In this document: positions 28,267 through 42,620 of the stretch, one piece after another
How the letters are laid out: each line of letters opens with the position of its first letter
Position numbering within the stretch: the first letter of the stretch is position 1
From: the human T2T-CHM13v2.0 reference genome, Homo sapiens
Direction of reading: 5' to 3'
Length of the DNA stretch: 64,000 nt
Assembly (NCBI GenBank): GCA_009914755.4
Contig: CP068257.2
Span: 14,688,001-14,752,000 of the forward strand
Made by a program: the position numbers and the translations under genes
The notes under the pieces: model-generated
What the model saw: only the letters and a program-made list of their open reading frames with translations
Database searches by the model: none
Told to the model about the DNA's origin: nothing

Positions 28267-28645
28267 GTGTGATGAAATATCCAGGTTTAGAAGGAAGTAA
28301 AAAGTAGAACACAGGATATTATGGACTGGGAAGGTTAGGAGAAAGGGAATGATAGAAAATTTTTAAAGACTATAAAAATACAACTAGACAGCAGGAATAA
28401 GTCCTAGGGTTCTATACCACAATAAGATGACTATAGTTATCAATAATATATTATATAATTTTAAATAGCAAAAAGGAGGAATGTTCCCAACAAAATGATA
28501 AATGCTTGAGATGTTGTATATGCTAATTACCCTGATCTGATCATTATACACTCTATGTATGTACACATCTCTATATACCTAATAAATATGTACAATTATG
28601 TTATTTTTAAAAATAAAATACAATAATAAAAAATCACATGTAGCC
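28267..28645 (+). mobile_element. L1 3' UTR end (L1PA/L1PB-like), sense
   Basis: gactgggaaggttaggagaaagggaatgat...gaataagtcctagggttctataccacaataagatgactatagttatcaataatatattatataattttaaatagcaaaaaggaggaatgttcccaacaaaatgataaatgcttgagatgttgtatatgctaattaccctgatctgatcattatacactctatgtatgtacacatctctatatacctaataaatatgtacaattatgttatttttaaaaataaaat parallels the L1 3' end consensus. Confidence 0.8.
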
Positions 28646-28879
28646 CATAAATATATATAATTATTATGTATTGATAAAAAATTTTAAATAAAAAAATGGT
28701 ATTCACTATTTCTAGGTCTTAAAAAATTTTTTAAATGTTTAATTTTATAGAAAACCCAACAAAATATTTCTTCAAAAAATTTGAAATGACTATTTAATAT
28801 ATAGGTACAAAATATCTGATATATAATTCATGAGAACACCAGACACCAGTTTGACTTATAATTTGTCTTTCATATTCTT

Positions 28880-29193
<314 letters not shown>

Positions 29194-31799
29194 TCATATT
29201 CTTAATTCTATAACAATTACAACAATTCATGGTATGTTGTTATTAAAGTGAGTTTTATAGAGGAAGGCTGTTACAATATCTCATTTTTAACCCATGTATT
29301 ATATATAGTTATCGTTTTAATAGTAACTGAAAATAGGAAAGTTTAGATACATAAGTAAAGATGTGCACACACACATGCATACATTTATAAACTGCCTTTT
29401 CTTAAGTGAGAATTTCACATTTTCAAAAAAATAATTGTGTATGTAAGAGTTTTGTTTTTACCTTACTGTCAAGAGAGTTCGATCATTATCATCTGGACAA
29501 TGGGCTAAAATGTAGGAGTTGTTCTGTCTTATAATATCAGAAAAATAAAGGACCTATTTTATTTCATAGATGAATTAAAACACAAAAATATATTAATATA
29601 GTAGCATAATTTTACCAGGGGCCTGTTACTTTCTGAATTGGAGTATCTAAAGGAAATTTGGGGTACTGTGTTCTATTTACAAATGACTAGCAAGACTGAT
29701 TGCGGGATGAATGACCCTCCTTTATTCATGTGCTCTGTATAAAGGAGAATTTTGTCATTAATAATAATGATTGTAATACTGTGTGTTGAATGTAAACCAT
29801 CACTACTTTACACATTAAAACCTATCCTAATTTAATTAATACAATTAGCCATCGCTGCATCTTCAACAAAAAATTATAAAATTCTTATCTGGATTGATTA
29901 AATTTAGTTGAGCCCTTAATCCTGATCATTCTGCTTGTTTTTGATAAATAATTTGAAAATAAATTCAAATTCATTCAAATTACACCTTGATTTCAAGTAG
30001 GAATAGTTTAATAGTGTTCCAAAAAAAGGAATGTTAAACTATTGAGGTATTCTTGACAACTCTTAGAGCTGATGATAAGAAGGTTCATAGATAGGAAGGC
30101 AGGAATGACTTATTATTAAGTCATCTGAGTAAATCTGTCATTGAAACCTAACATAGCATAGTACAACTTTGAGCAAATCAAGACTCTGCTGAATGCCCTC
30201 AGTTGTAAAATAATAGTGTTGTACTTTACAATCACTGACTGAGCCCCATTTTAGTTCTTTCATAATTATTTTTGGAAATAGTGATTTTCATTTTGTTAAA
30301 AAAACACTATTGGCATGTATAACAAATAATTTATAATATCTTCCACAAAAGCTCTCACATTAACCCAAGGAAGGCATTGAACATGCAAATAAAATATAAT
30401 TCAAAGTCTGTGTTAAATCTTGAGACTCAAAGCTCCTATGTCCCAAATGTTTGGGTCTGTGACACATGGATTGTCAAATTCAGAATCAGAGTAATGTTTT
30501 GTACAACTAGTAGCTCCAGCACTGTTCCCTGTGGTCTCTGGATGGAAGAGGCAGTCAAACAGATGGGTCCTAATAGCCTTCTAAGACGTGAATCAAGGAG
30601 CCTCATCAGCAAGGCTGATGGTTGCCTTTTACATTATCCTTGTGATGAACAAAACCCTTGGGCCTGACTGGCAGCTTCTTCTTTACCTCCCTTCACTTCA
30701 AGGCTTTCCAGGATACAATTCCCAAAAGCCCTGAATGTACTCTTCCGCAGAGGGAAGGCTGTAGAAGTCTTTGCAAGCTTCATACAGAGAAATACAAAAG
30801 GTGTGATGCCATTAACTGGTCCTTTCTAAAGCATTAGGAATTTAGTGAAACTCTCAAACACAAAACTGAAAAGCCATTTGAACAAATCTCATATACTTGT
30901 AGATAAGCTTTTTTTTATTTAAAGCATACAAATTCAAATCTTTCAAGCAGAAAATTCAGTCAAGTGAGATCCATTGGTGGTTTGAGTTCAAAGTCAGTGA
31001 GCAAATGGAAATCATTGCGGCATCTCTCTCATTTCCCTAGTGGACATTAGACCACTCAAAATGTGTCACATAATTTACAGCCCCTTGGTAGTAATTGAAT
31101 ATACACGTTGAGAGTGCACTGGCAGAACACTTAAGAAAGATTGAATGCAGGAGGACCAGCTTACGTTATTTTTGGCTCTACTCTGGTTTTTGCTTTTAAT
31201 GTTTTTTCTTGAGATTAATTTCAATTGGGTTGTTCCATCCTATTCAAACAAATGCTTTGAGAGAAGAGATGAACAGCAGCATCAAATAAATTGTGATATT
31301 TAGTTTCAGAGACATCAGGTGTTGTAATCAAATAAGACAGAAGGACAAAGTAAAATCTGTGATTTGCCATAAATGAATTTAAGCTGTAAGAATAGCAGAA
31401 TTGAGAGGTAGATTAGCAATATGACTTTTGAACTATTATCTAAATGTAGGGTGAGATTTTCAAGATTTATTTTAATATATAACATTTTTGCTAATATTTA
31501 GGAAAACAAAGAATTTTGTAGTTAAAAGTGTGAAACATTAAAATTATCTGTCTTTAAATATTAATTATTCTAAATCTCTCTTTTGTGTATCTGTTACTAG
31601 ACACTTTTAATTCTTAGACACATATTTTATGAAGAGTTATTCTTAAAATGGTATGCTTTGTTTGCCAGTCAACATGGAATCTCCCTAGGTATAACCTTTA
31701 ATATTTAAGAGAATACAGATCAAAATAGTAGAGATTTCAACTTGATTTTATAAAGACGTCCAAGTATTCTGAACTTATAATAGGAAAATGAGTCCTGAT

Positions 31800-31860
31800 A
31801 GAAATTGTCATTTGAAAATTTCCTTCCTTCTCCTCTTTCTCCTCCTCCTTCTTCCTCAGA
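31800..31860. repeat. polypyrimidine (CT-rich) tract on + strand
   Basis: ccttccttctcctctttctcctcctccttcttcctc. Confidence 0.8.
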
Positions 31861-31914
31861 GCGAGTATGTGGTATCCACTGTGTACACGCACACAACATA
31901 AAAAAATGGAGGTC

Positions 31915-32035
31915 CGTGGTACAATATGTGCATGTGTGTTTGTATGTGTGTGTGCATATATGTATACACACACGTATATATATATATACACAGAGGTATA
32001 TATATACACACACATATATATACACTAAAATTTCA
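31915..32035. repeat. complex (GT)n/(TA)n/(CA)n microsatellite
   Basis: gtgcatgtgtgtttgtatgtgtgtgtgcatatatgtatacacacacgtatatatatatatacacagaggtatatatatacacacacatatatatacac. Confidence 0.85.
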
Positions 32036-32668
32036 TATATATTAAATATAAATTATATTAAATATACAACATATATATTAATCTTTACAATCTGTTACAC
32101 TCTTCCTTTGAGTGCCCAGATTAACTGGCTACTAACATTTACTTTAATATATTGCTTTTTATTGAGACAAAAACAGTGGAAAAAAAGTAATTAATCACAA
32201 ACTACTTATAAAGTTAATATTTTCCCATGCTGAAGATAAATGAGAACATGTGCAAGCAACTTAATAGCAATACAAATCTATGTGAGTATTCACAAGGAAG
32301 AATTTCTCTCTCAGATATTTTGTCTGGATTTCAACTTGCTAAGTAGACTATATACCTAAAAAAATTTTTTTAAGGCACGACATTTCTTTTTCTGCTATTT
32401 AATATGTAAATAATTGCATATTAAGAAATAATTTTTTGCTTTTGCAGATAAAAGGATGAAAACACAGACTCTTAGCTATCCAAAGCAATCTTATCATATT
32501 CATATATTTATTTGCTATATCTAAACATACATACATATTTACCTATTAACTTTATCTTACTTCCAATTTACTTTTGTTTTTCTCCTGATATCTTAGCCCC
32601 TTTATCTTTAAAATCTTAATATTGTTTTCTTCTAAATCAGTCTGGTGTTTTTTTCCCCTTTCCTCAAG

Positions 32669-32948
<280 letters not shown>

Positions 32949-35379
32949 ACATAGCTCCTCAAATGTTTTTAATACTTGTTAACCTGTCACCAAACCAAAA
33001 ACTGTCTTTCATTTCATATGTGACGTACCATCATTTTAAATCTTTTATATGTATTACTTTGCTTTCCATAACAAATTGGTGTTTATATGGTAGATAGAAG
33101 TCATTGTTCATGACATTCGTCATTTAGTATTAAGAGCATCTTTATGCGTGCTGTGTATAATTCATAATAGTTAAAAACAATTCATAATAGTAAAAAACTG
33201 GAACATTTCTCAGAAAAAGTAATATCACCCTCCTTTTTAAAACAAAGCTAAATCCTGTTAATTTTCCCTTGGTGAGAAATAGCACCACACATTACAGCCT
33301 TTAATGGCTTAAATAAACATGTATAATGCACAGTATAAATTTGAAAAGTAGTCAAAATCCTCTCTATCCTCCATCTTTGAACAAACTGTGCTGCCTCATT
33401 TGCAGAGATTTGCAGTAAAAATCAAAGATGGCTTACATTTTTACACTATGTCAATATTTCTTTCTCTGTTTCCTGTTACTTACATCAGAATGATGGGCTC
33501 TTTTCGTAAAGCAGTGACTGAAGGCCAAAAGGGAACTTACAAAAGGGCATTATACAAATTCTAAATATAAAACTCCCCAAAAAGGGAAAATGATGTTCAG
33601 ATACAATAAAAATAAATTATAGAATAAAAATGAGAAAAGTTATAGTCGTTTTTTGTACAATAATACAGTGTATAAAGGCTAACGTCAGTAATGTCAACTT
33701 TGTTGAATGGAAAATCCTGAACTGGCAGTTGACTCTATTTCTGTCAAATCCTGCTTTTATGTTATGTCACTCTCTGATTACTCAGACCTTTCTCTATCCT
33801 ACTATGAAACTGAGTGATTCTCAGAAAGGAACCAGGACATTCTATCACTTAATGCCAAACACGTTAAAACGAAAGCTATGAACAGGCTTCCCAACATTTT
33901 GTAGGGTTAAAAAAGAAAAAAGAAAAAAAAACTTCAATTAACTCAAATTGAATATGTTCACAAATCTCAAATGCACAAATGAACATTTTTTATAACAGGT
34001 TTATTCTAATAAGTCAAATCCATCCCTCATACAGATATCTCCATGCTTTATGAATAATAGAATGATGTGAAAATATAAAGTAGGGTTCATGAAGGTGAAG
34101 CTGAATGCAACTAGAAAAGCAACTACCAAAATAAAAATACGGAACACAGTGGTAGATAGACATTACTATGGCAACCTCCGATCCTTACTAAGAAGTTAGT
34201 GATCATTGAGATCTTTCTGATAACCTGATTGCTTTTGTTTTCTCATTCACCTGGACAATAAATACTTACTGAGTAGATATCTCTCTCGATTATAGCGACT
34301 GACTACCTAGTCATGGTTCCATGCTCTCAGGGAGATTACAGTCTTGTAATGGTAAACGCATTTTCAAAATAACAAGAAATTCACCTCCGGGCTAAAATTA
34401 TTTTTTAGCTATTAATTATTGTTTTTATAGTTCATTCTAAGTAGAGGGGACAAGGTTATTATCATATAATGTGACTTGTATTAAGATTGCTAAAAGCAGG
34501 GGGGCTGATTTCATTCAAAGAACTGTGGGAGAGAATGCCTCACTCTCAACTTAGTGACATGACTTTTGTTTTCATTACATTTAAATACAGCTTTGTTTTC
34601 CTATGGCGGTAACCCATAACAGTATGAAGCACAGACAGTGCATTATTCAGGTTTAATTTGGGCATGGTTGAACTGCTGGGAGTGACTATCAATTACACTG
34701 GTATTTTAACATTTGTATGAAGAATTATGTGCCAAAATATTCTAAAATTTAAAATTTCATAGAGAAACTGCTTGAATAAGTGTTCCATATACTCACTCAC
34801 TCTGAATTTTTTGGCATCTGAATGTGTAGAAAGTTTGCAGGTGAACATGTGCTTGTCAATACATTGTCACTGACCTCCTCCCATTCATGTTGCTGGTCAT
34901 TGGCAATTTCTTCTTCTGGATGCTGGAATTTTTTCACTGAGTCCTATGAGAAGCTATTAAGGGGCCAGAGACCCAATGTATTCGGTCTACTACCCACTGT
35001 CCCATGTTTTTCATCCCTATCAGTGTAAGTGATCTGTCCTGAGAGCACCGTCATCTATTAAGCGAAATGCAGATCCCCGGGACTCCAAGTAAAGGACATT
35101 CAGGCATAATTGAGGTGAAATATATGGTTATGGACAGAGACTCTTTGAAATTTTACTGAATATTTTGGATTCCTAAATGGTTACCTTCAAGACACTGTGA
35201 GTAGCATATACATGTGTGTGCTTGTACATTTGTACAAGCACATGAACACGGAGGTAACATAAATGCATTTCATCCCAGAAAAACAAGGATAATAATAATG
35301 ATAAGTCAGAAAACTAAAAGCTAAGTAAATACTTTCAGTAATGAACTTCTAATATTTCAAGCACTGTTTATTAATTAAC

Positions 35380-35560
35380 TTTATCTTCAACAGCAACCTT
35401 GTGTTAGGTAATAGCATTACCATTCTGTAGAGGAGTAAACTGAGACGCAGCAAGATTAAGTTATATGTGCAAGGATAAATAGGGAGTAATGGAAGAGCCG
35501 GAGTTTGAATCTGAATAATCCAACTTCAAAGTGTTAATCACCACTCCAGGCTGCCTCTCA
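35380..35560 (-). mobile_element. MIR SINE core, antisense
   Basis: attaccattctgtagaggagtaaactgagacgcagcaagattaagttatatgtgcaaggataaatagggagtaatggaagagccggagtttgaatctg parallels the reverse-complement MIR core (ccccattttacagatgaggaaactgaggcacagagaggttaagtaacttgcccaaggtcacacagctagtaagtggcagagccgggattcgaaccc). Confidence 0.55.
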
Positions 35561-35785
35561 GCCAGTTGAACCTCATAAAATTCAAGACTATAATAAGTGG
35601 TCAAAAACCTAAGACGAAACTCTGCTTACATGGTTATTTAATATTTGATTGACAATGAAAAATAATTTTAATGCATAAAGTCATGTTGAATGTAACTACA
35701 ATATTAAAGATCATAAAGAGTAAAGTAAGTAAAATAGAAAAATCAAAATAAAATAAAAATAATTATGTTTAAGAAAGAGGATTAT

Positions 35786-36090
35786 GCTGGGTGCAGTGAC
35801 TCACGCCTCTAATCCCAGCACTTTGGGAGGCTGAGGTGGGTGGATCACTTGAGGTCAGGAGTTCAAGACCAGCCTGGCCAACATGGTGAAACCTTATCTC
35901 TAGTAAAAATACAAAATTAGCTGGGCATGGTGGCATGTGCCTGTAATCCCAGCTACTAGGGAGGCTGAGGCAGGAGAATCACTTGAACCCAGGAGGTGGA
36001 AAGCGGAGGTTGCGGTGAGCCGAGATTGCGCCACTGTACTCCAACCTGGGCAATAGAGTGAGATTCCATCTTTAAAAAAAAAAAAAAAAA
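35786..36090 (+). mobile_element. full-length Alu (AluS-like), sense, with ~10 bp TSD
   Basis: gctgggtgcagtgactcacgcctctaatcccagcactttgggaggctgaggtgggtggatcacttgaggtcaggagttcaagaccagcctggccaacatggtgaaacc...poly-A; TSD (aa)aggattat before and after. Confidence 0.9.
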
Positions 36091-36598
36091 AGGATTATAA
36101 TAAATTCAGCTACAAAAGAAGGAACTAACTGGGTAAAGTTTAACAGAGGAAGGAAATTTCAAGATACTAAAAGCTCATCAGGTAAACAATTTTCTATCTC
36201 AAGAACAAATGATACCAGTGCACAGGAATGACAGAAAGAATAACAAGATACTAAATTGGCTATAATCAGAGACCTGAAAGTCAAATGCCAAAGCCACAAA
36301 GAGTGGAATTCAAGCCAGAGCCCTAAAGAAAAAATAGCGTAACGAGAGAGAGCCAGCAAAAAGCAAAATGAAAAAGACGCAACTCTTGTCATAGCACACA
36401 CATGCACCGAAACAAAACAAAACAAAATGCAGGAAAAACAGTAAAAAATTATCTAGCTGTAAAAATTACTTGGCTGTACAGCCTCAATTGTTTGCTCCCT
36501 GATTTAGAAATTATCATATTTGCCAAAAGTTTGAATGGAAATATACTTTTACTTAGCAAAACTTCCATTATTAAAAAAAAAAAAAAAAAAAAAAAAGC

Positions 36599-36905
36599 TG
36601 GCCGGGTGCGGTGGCTCACGCCTATAATCCCAACACTTTGGGAGGCCAAGGCAGGTGGATCACCTGAGGTCAGGAGTTTGAGACCAGCCTGGCCAACGTG
36701 GCGAAACCCCATCTCTACTAAAAATACAAAAATTAGCCGGGGGTGGTGGTGGGCACCTGTAATCCCAGCTACTCTGGAGGCTGAGGCTGGAGAATCACTT
36801 GAACCTGGGGGGCGGAGGTTGCAGTGAGCCGAGGTCACGCCACTTCACTCCAGCCTGGGTGCAAGAGTGAAACTCTGTCCCCTGCCACCCCCTGGCCAAA
36901 AAAAA
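36599..36905 (+). mobile_element. full-length Alu (AluS-like), sense, inserted into an A-rich tract
   Basis: ggccgggtgcggtggctcacgcctataatcccaacactttgggaggccaaggcaggtggatcacctgaggtcaggagtttgagaccagcctggccaacgtggcgaaaccccatctctactaaaaatacaaaaattagccggg...; preceded by a 27-nt poly-A; TSD aaaaaaaagc. Confidence 0.9.
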
Positions 36906-38954
36906 GCCAAGGTAAAGAGTACAACATTTAAGAAGAAACTTTCTGTAAACATTGTAAGAAATCTATTTAAGAACTAACAGTTGATATGCAAATTGCAATT
37001 TAGAGATCCTGAATGAACTAATTAATTAACAAACTCTCATTTGTTAAGCTGAAGTTAAGTGATATGCTTAATGAAAACCACAGTTATACTGAAGAGGGGA
37101 ACTCTGTGTTTAAGTCTTTTCATTAAACCAGACAGAGCCTAATCAATGAATATGTGTAACATTGCTGTATAGGTCTGATTACATGTTTCCTTGTTTTTCT
37201 AAAATGCTTAACATTTTATTCTGATCTTATACTTTAACAATTGAACAGCAAGATGGGCTGTCTATAATTCAAATTTAATTGTCTTTAAATCCTAATCTCT
37301 AAACAGTCTGTTAAATAGAATGCCATTGATTAAGTGATCTACAATTAAATCAGTGACATAAAATCCATATCAGAATTTAAGGATTTAACCAGGAGTTCTC
37401 TAATAAGTTTATGTCAAATATAATTCTTAACAAATGCTTTCTGTATACTTTTAAGTTATCTCAAAATCTTGAATTTGAAATCTTTAAACATTTACAGGTT
37501 CCAGGCATGAGAATTTTCCTGGGGGATGGGGGAGGGAGAACAGGAACCTGGGTGAGTAAATAATATGATGCTCCAGGTTTGTTTCTCCTCAGCTGACATT
37601 TATCTCTTTGGCATGATGAAGGGTAGATCAACGTTGACTGTAAAAACAAACACGATTAGCACTAACGCAGCATATGTTAACACTGCTGCAGCCTAATGAT
37701 GAATGAGCTGTAAGCGATCCCAACACCTGTTCTTGATGATGATGCGTGATACCCAACCCCAGTGGAGTAATGAGAGCGAAGACACAGCGGTGCACATCTC
37801 ACCGATTACAGTGGTTTATGGAGGCGTTCTGGTAGCATTCTCACTTTCTGTCTCTCCATCTCTTCTCTGATTATTCTATATTCGTTCATTCATTCATAAC
37901 TTCAGAATTGGCTTTAAGCTATAGAAATCCACATGTGAGGTCTTACATGTATTAGCCACATGAGACGTATTAGGTTACCCAAGTCCTAAGCAACTGGAGA
38001 ATATGTTTTTATACCAGAATAATTCTTTCTAAAACACCATTGTTAAGTTAGCCTACTTGGTTCTAATGTTGATTGACATTATCAAGCATCTCAACTCGAT
38101 TGGCTCTAAATTTGGCAATGCCTGAAGAGAGTTTGATAATCTCAAAACAGAATACCTGAACTTGTGTGATGGTGTCTTTTATATTTAATACACAAAATAC
38201 TGAACATAAGTATGAATATTATGTAAAGTGACAAATTACGAACAATAGGGTTCTGATATTATCCTTCGGTCTTGTTTCAGCAAGGAATAAATGATATTCC
38301 TATCTGCCGCTTCTACGTCATTTAATGTTCTCTGTTATTTTATATATGGTGCCAATGTCCCATATGATGTTTCTATTAATATGACTATATAATGTGAATT
38401 ACTTCTTCTATTCTTAATTTTATTTCTGGTTATCCTCTTCCTTATTGCTTCAAAACTTTGTTGATAAAATTTTCTTTCCTGTTCTGAATATAATTCCTTT
38501 AGCTGTGTTTAGATCATCCTTACCTGGAAGGACTTGTGTATGCATTATTTCTTCCCATTTTGAAGCTTTTACTCTTACTTTCCAGCTGACACTTTTGCTC
38601 TATTTCCAAATTTGTCAGAGCCTTCCATTCTTAAAGAACATTGTGTTTCTAATTCTTGTCTTATTTTTTGATGTTCTTCTTCTTATTAGCAATTTCTCAA
38701 ACAAATGGCCAAATTCATTGCTCTTATGTCCTCATATTTTTTCTTTTTAACTCATTGAAATTATTAAAGAAATGTCAGTATTTCAGATTATTAAACATTT
38801 ACTCTTGCAAAATTTGTGACCATTGGCTTTTATTATATTTTCTTATAGTTTTGCTTAATATTTATCTTAATGATCAAATAATAAGTTCTAAAAATAAGGA
38901 CAATATTTGTTTTATTTTTCAATATTTGTTTTATTTTTATTTTTTAAAGACCTA

Positions 38955-39435
<481 letters not shown>

Positions 39436-40617
39436 TCATAGAGATATTATGAGGAAAAATAAGTTAATATATGTAAAGAGCGTTGTGTAGAGAGTAACAC
39501 ATAGTAGGTGTCCTATATATTTTAGCTAATGTTGTTATTTAGCTCTTGTTATTGGTACCACCTCTGTAATCCTTGAAACTAGCACTGTGCCCGATATATA
39601 TTAATTTTTGACCAATATTTTGTGGAGGAGTGAGTGAAATGAATTAATGAATCCTGCATTTAACACAACTGATCATTATACATTTTTAGAACAATTGTGT
39701 CTTTTGACTTCCACACTAATAATAGATATTACTGGTTAAAACATAACCTTTGCAAAACAAAATTTCATTTCTAACTCTTCTATGTTAGTCAGTAGAAAAA
39801 CTACTCTGCAAGTCACATCCAGGGAAAAAGGAAGATATTTAAGAATGGCTGAAGATAAAGTTACTGTGACAATTGCCTCCTCTTCCATTCTTATAACAGT
39901 TGTTGAAAAGCATTCTCCCAATGGCAGCCAAAATAATCATTTAAAAATATAAGTCAAACAGACTTCTAACTTTGCTTAAGCCCTCTTGTAGCTTCCTATT
40001 GTAATAAGAGAACCCAAATTCCATCCATCCTGTCCAGTCAGGCCCTGCTTATCCTGGCCCTGCCTATTACTCTGGATCTATTTGAAACCATATGTTTCAG
40101 CTGGCATGCAGCAGAAAATCACAGTGGCCTCTGTGATTTGAAGAGGCCAAACTTCATTTCTGCCCTGGACACTTGCTATTCTTGCCTATAATGCTTTTTT
40201 TTTCCCCTTGGATTTGGATTTGGCTGACATCTTCTTGTCATTCAGTTTCTGTTGAAATGTGCTTTCCTCAAAGTCCTCCTTGATCCACCACCTCCCCCAT
40301 TCTATTATGCATTGTTCCTGCTTGATTTTCTTCGTATCACTGTCTGACATTATCATTTCAATGTGTTTGTTTATTTGCTTCTTATTATCTGTCTTTTTCA
40401 CTAGAATGCAAGTTCCATGATGAAAGGAGCCTTCAGTGTCTGATTCATTATTTTGGCCCACTGCTTAGTACATTATATGTTATTATTAATTATCTGTTAA
40501 TAAATTAATAAATTAGGCTAGAGGCAATGCCCTTATTACAAAGAGCCTTCTTTGTCATGTTGTAGAAGTGGAATTGTATTGCAAAAGTAACAGAAGCCAT
40601 CATAGATGGAAAGTTGA

Positions 40618-40924
<307 letters not shown>

Positions 40925-41794
40925 TTATGCATGTATGAAAACTTTACACCAGACAAAGGGTTTGAGTTGAAGAACAGGTCAATTTATGGAGAAGGGAGAG
41001 GTACATTCTAGCGGGGGGGGTCTTAGAGTGACAGGATGCTCAAAGATGCCATAAGGGGTGATGTGTGTTCTGGACATGGTGAATGAGTAGCTGAATCTGC
41101 CTATTGCATAAGATTCTTTTAAGCTAGTAGTGGTAGAAAGATTGAAATGGCGGAAAGGAGTTACAATATCGGCTATTCTTTCTGGGCAAAGTGATTTGGA
41201 ATTGTCCTCCAACAAGCACTTGTTTTTTGAAAAGTTCTTCCACTGAAGGTTGACATAATGAAAATCATAAGAAAAATCATCTATGGGTGTACCAAAGTCC
41301 TAGCGGTTCTTTAGAGCCTAGCTTAAGAACTCCATCCTTCATATAACCCTCCCCAATAAGAATGCTGCAAGAATGTCCAACTCTTTCATTTTATATGAAT
41401 CCAGATTCGAGAACGTACTGATATCCCCAAGATCACAGATGATTAATCTAGGGTTAACAGCTGTAACATATATGTTCAGAGTATAATATTCTTAAACAGA
41501 ATCCCCCAAAACTTGTCAGCATTCAAATTAAAACACACATACCACACACATACACACAAACTCTCATGTCCCATTGAAAACTTCTCACTAAAACATACAT
41601 CAAGTTTCCAAACCACTTCACTGGTGATTTTGAGTCATATCAAGAACCAGATGCCCTCTCAGTAAAAAAACCCAATGAACATCTTATTCATAATGGAGAT
41701 ATAGGGGTACTAGCAATGATCCAGGCATGTCTGTCAAAATAAAGTGTCTTTCCCCTTTAAATATCTTTGTAAGGAATAATAAATAGTTCTCCTA

Positions 41795-41960
41795 ATAACA
41801 AATATTGGCCATGGAAAGTTGTTAGGGACCACCCACACTATGTAAATAAATATTGTAAAACTAACATCAATGTTTGTTTTTGTAATTTTAAAAATTTTAT
41901 TGGAACATCTGTGGAATATAAAGTAACAAAAGGCTCAAAAGATTTTCCATTTTAATTAAG
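41795..41960 (+). repeat. unclassified interspersed or segmental repeat, copy A (~80% identical to copy B at 43965-44125)
   Basis: A: ataacaaatattggccatggaaagttgttagggaccacccacactatgtaaataaatattgtaaaactaacatcaatgtttg...attttattggaacatctgtggaatataaagtaacaaaagg. Confidence 0.5.
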
Positions 41961-42499
41961 GGAGAAAAGATGCACAAAAACTTCATTCACAAGCAAAGGG
42001 ATGTGTATATATTTATGATGTGTAAAGGAATTTCTTGACAATGAATATCTACTTGTCCTTGCACAAAAATGATTGTGCAAGCTTTAATAGCATGAAGATA
42101 ATATCTTTTCTTTCTAGTGTTTAGTGCAGTTCTTCCTTTCTTCAATTCCCATATGTAGGTAAGTACAAAAACAAACAATAGAACCAAGCACATGTTTTAA
42201 ATTTTCTAAGTGTATTAGATCTTTCATCTTATTTGGTCTTTACACAAGGAATACTGTAGAACCCTGTCTGCAAGAACCTGAAAATTCCTCCATGTGACAT
42301 GGTGACCTCCCAGGAAAAGCACACCTAGCCGACCCTGGATAACTTTTGCTTTTGTCTATTTTTATTTGTGATTTCTAAGTAACATGTAATTTAAGCAAAG
42401 GGACTATTCACGTTAAATGGAAAAAAAAAAAACCCCACTTGAAAAGCCCTAGTGTAGAAGGAGAAGAACTAGAGCAGTTTCTTGTTGCATTTGGGATCT

Positions 42500-42620
42500 G
42501 GTCTGGCCAGCCTTTCCACTGAAGGTTGCGTGATCTTGGGCACGTCTTGGAACCTGTCTTTCCCTCTGACGGTGCTCTCTCAGAGAGCTGCTAGGGGCGG
42601 TAAATGGCTACGATATCAAA
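42500..42620 (+). mobile_element. possible MIR fragment
   Basis: ccactgaaggttgcgtgatcttgggcacgtcttggaacctgtctttccctctg weakly resembles the MIR ccacttactagctgtgtgaccttgggcaagttacttaacctctctgtgcctcag. Confidence 0.3.

Noticed and set aside
26200-28645. Interpreting the inverted L1 pair as a single twin-primed L1 insertion
   Set aside because: The minus-strand piece itself ends with the complete L1 3' UTR terminus and A-rich tail at ~26200, so both pieces carry a 3' end. Twin priming predicts only one
36402-36838. Overlapping 141-aa (+) and 129-aa (-) ORFs
   Set aside because: Both lie entirely within the sense Alu at 36599-36905 and the poly-A tract before it (peptides [47 protein letters not shown] / [14 protein letters not shown] are typical Alu translations)
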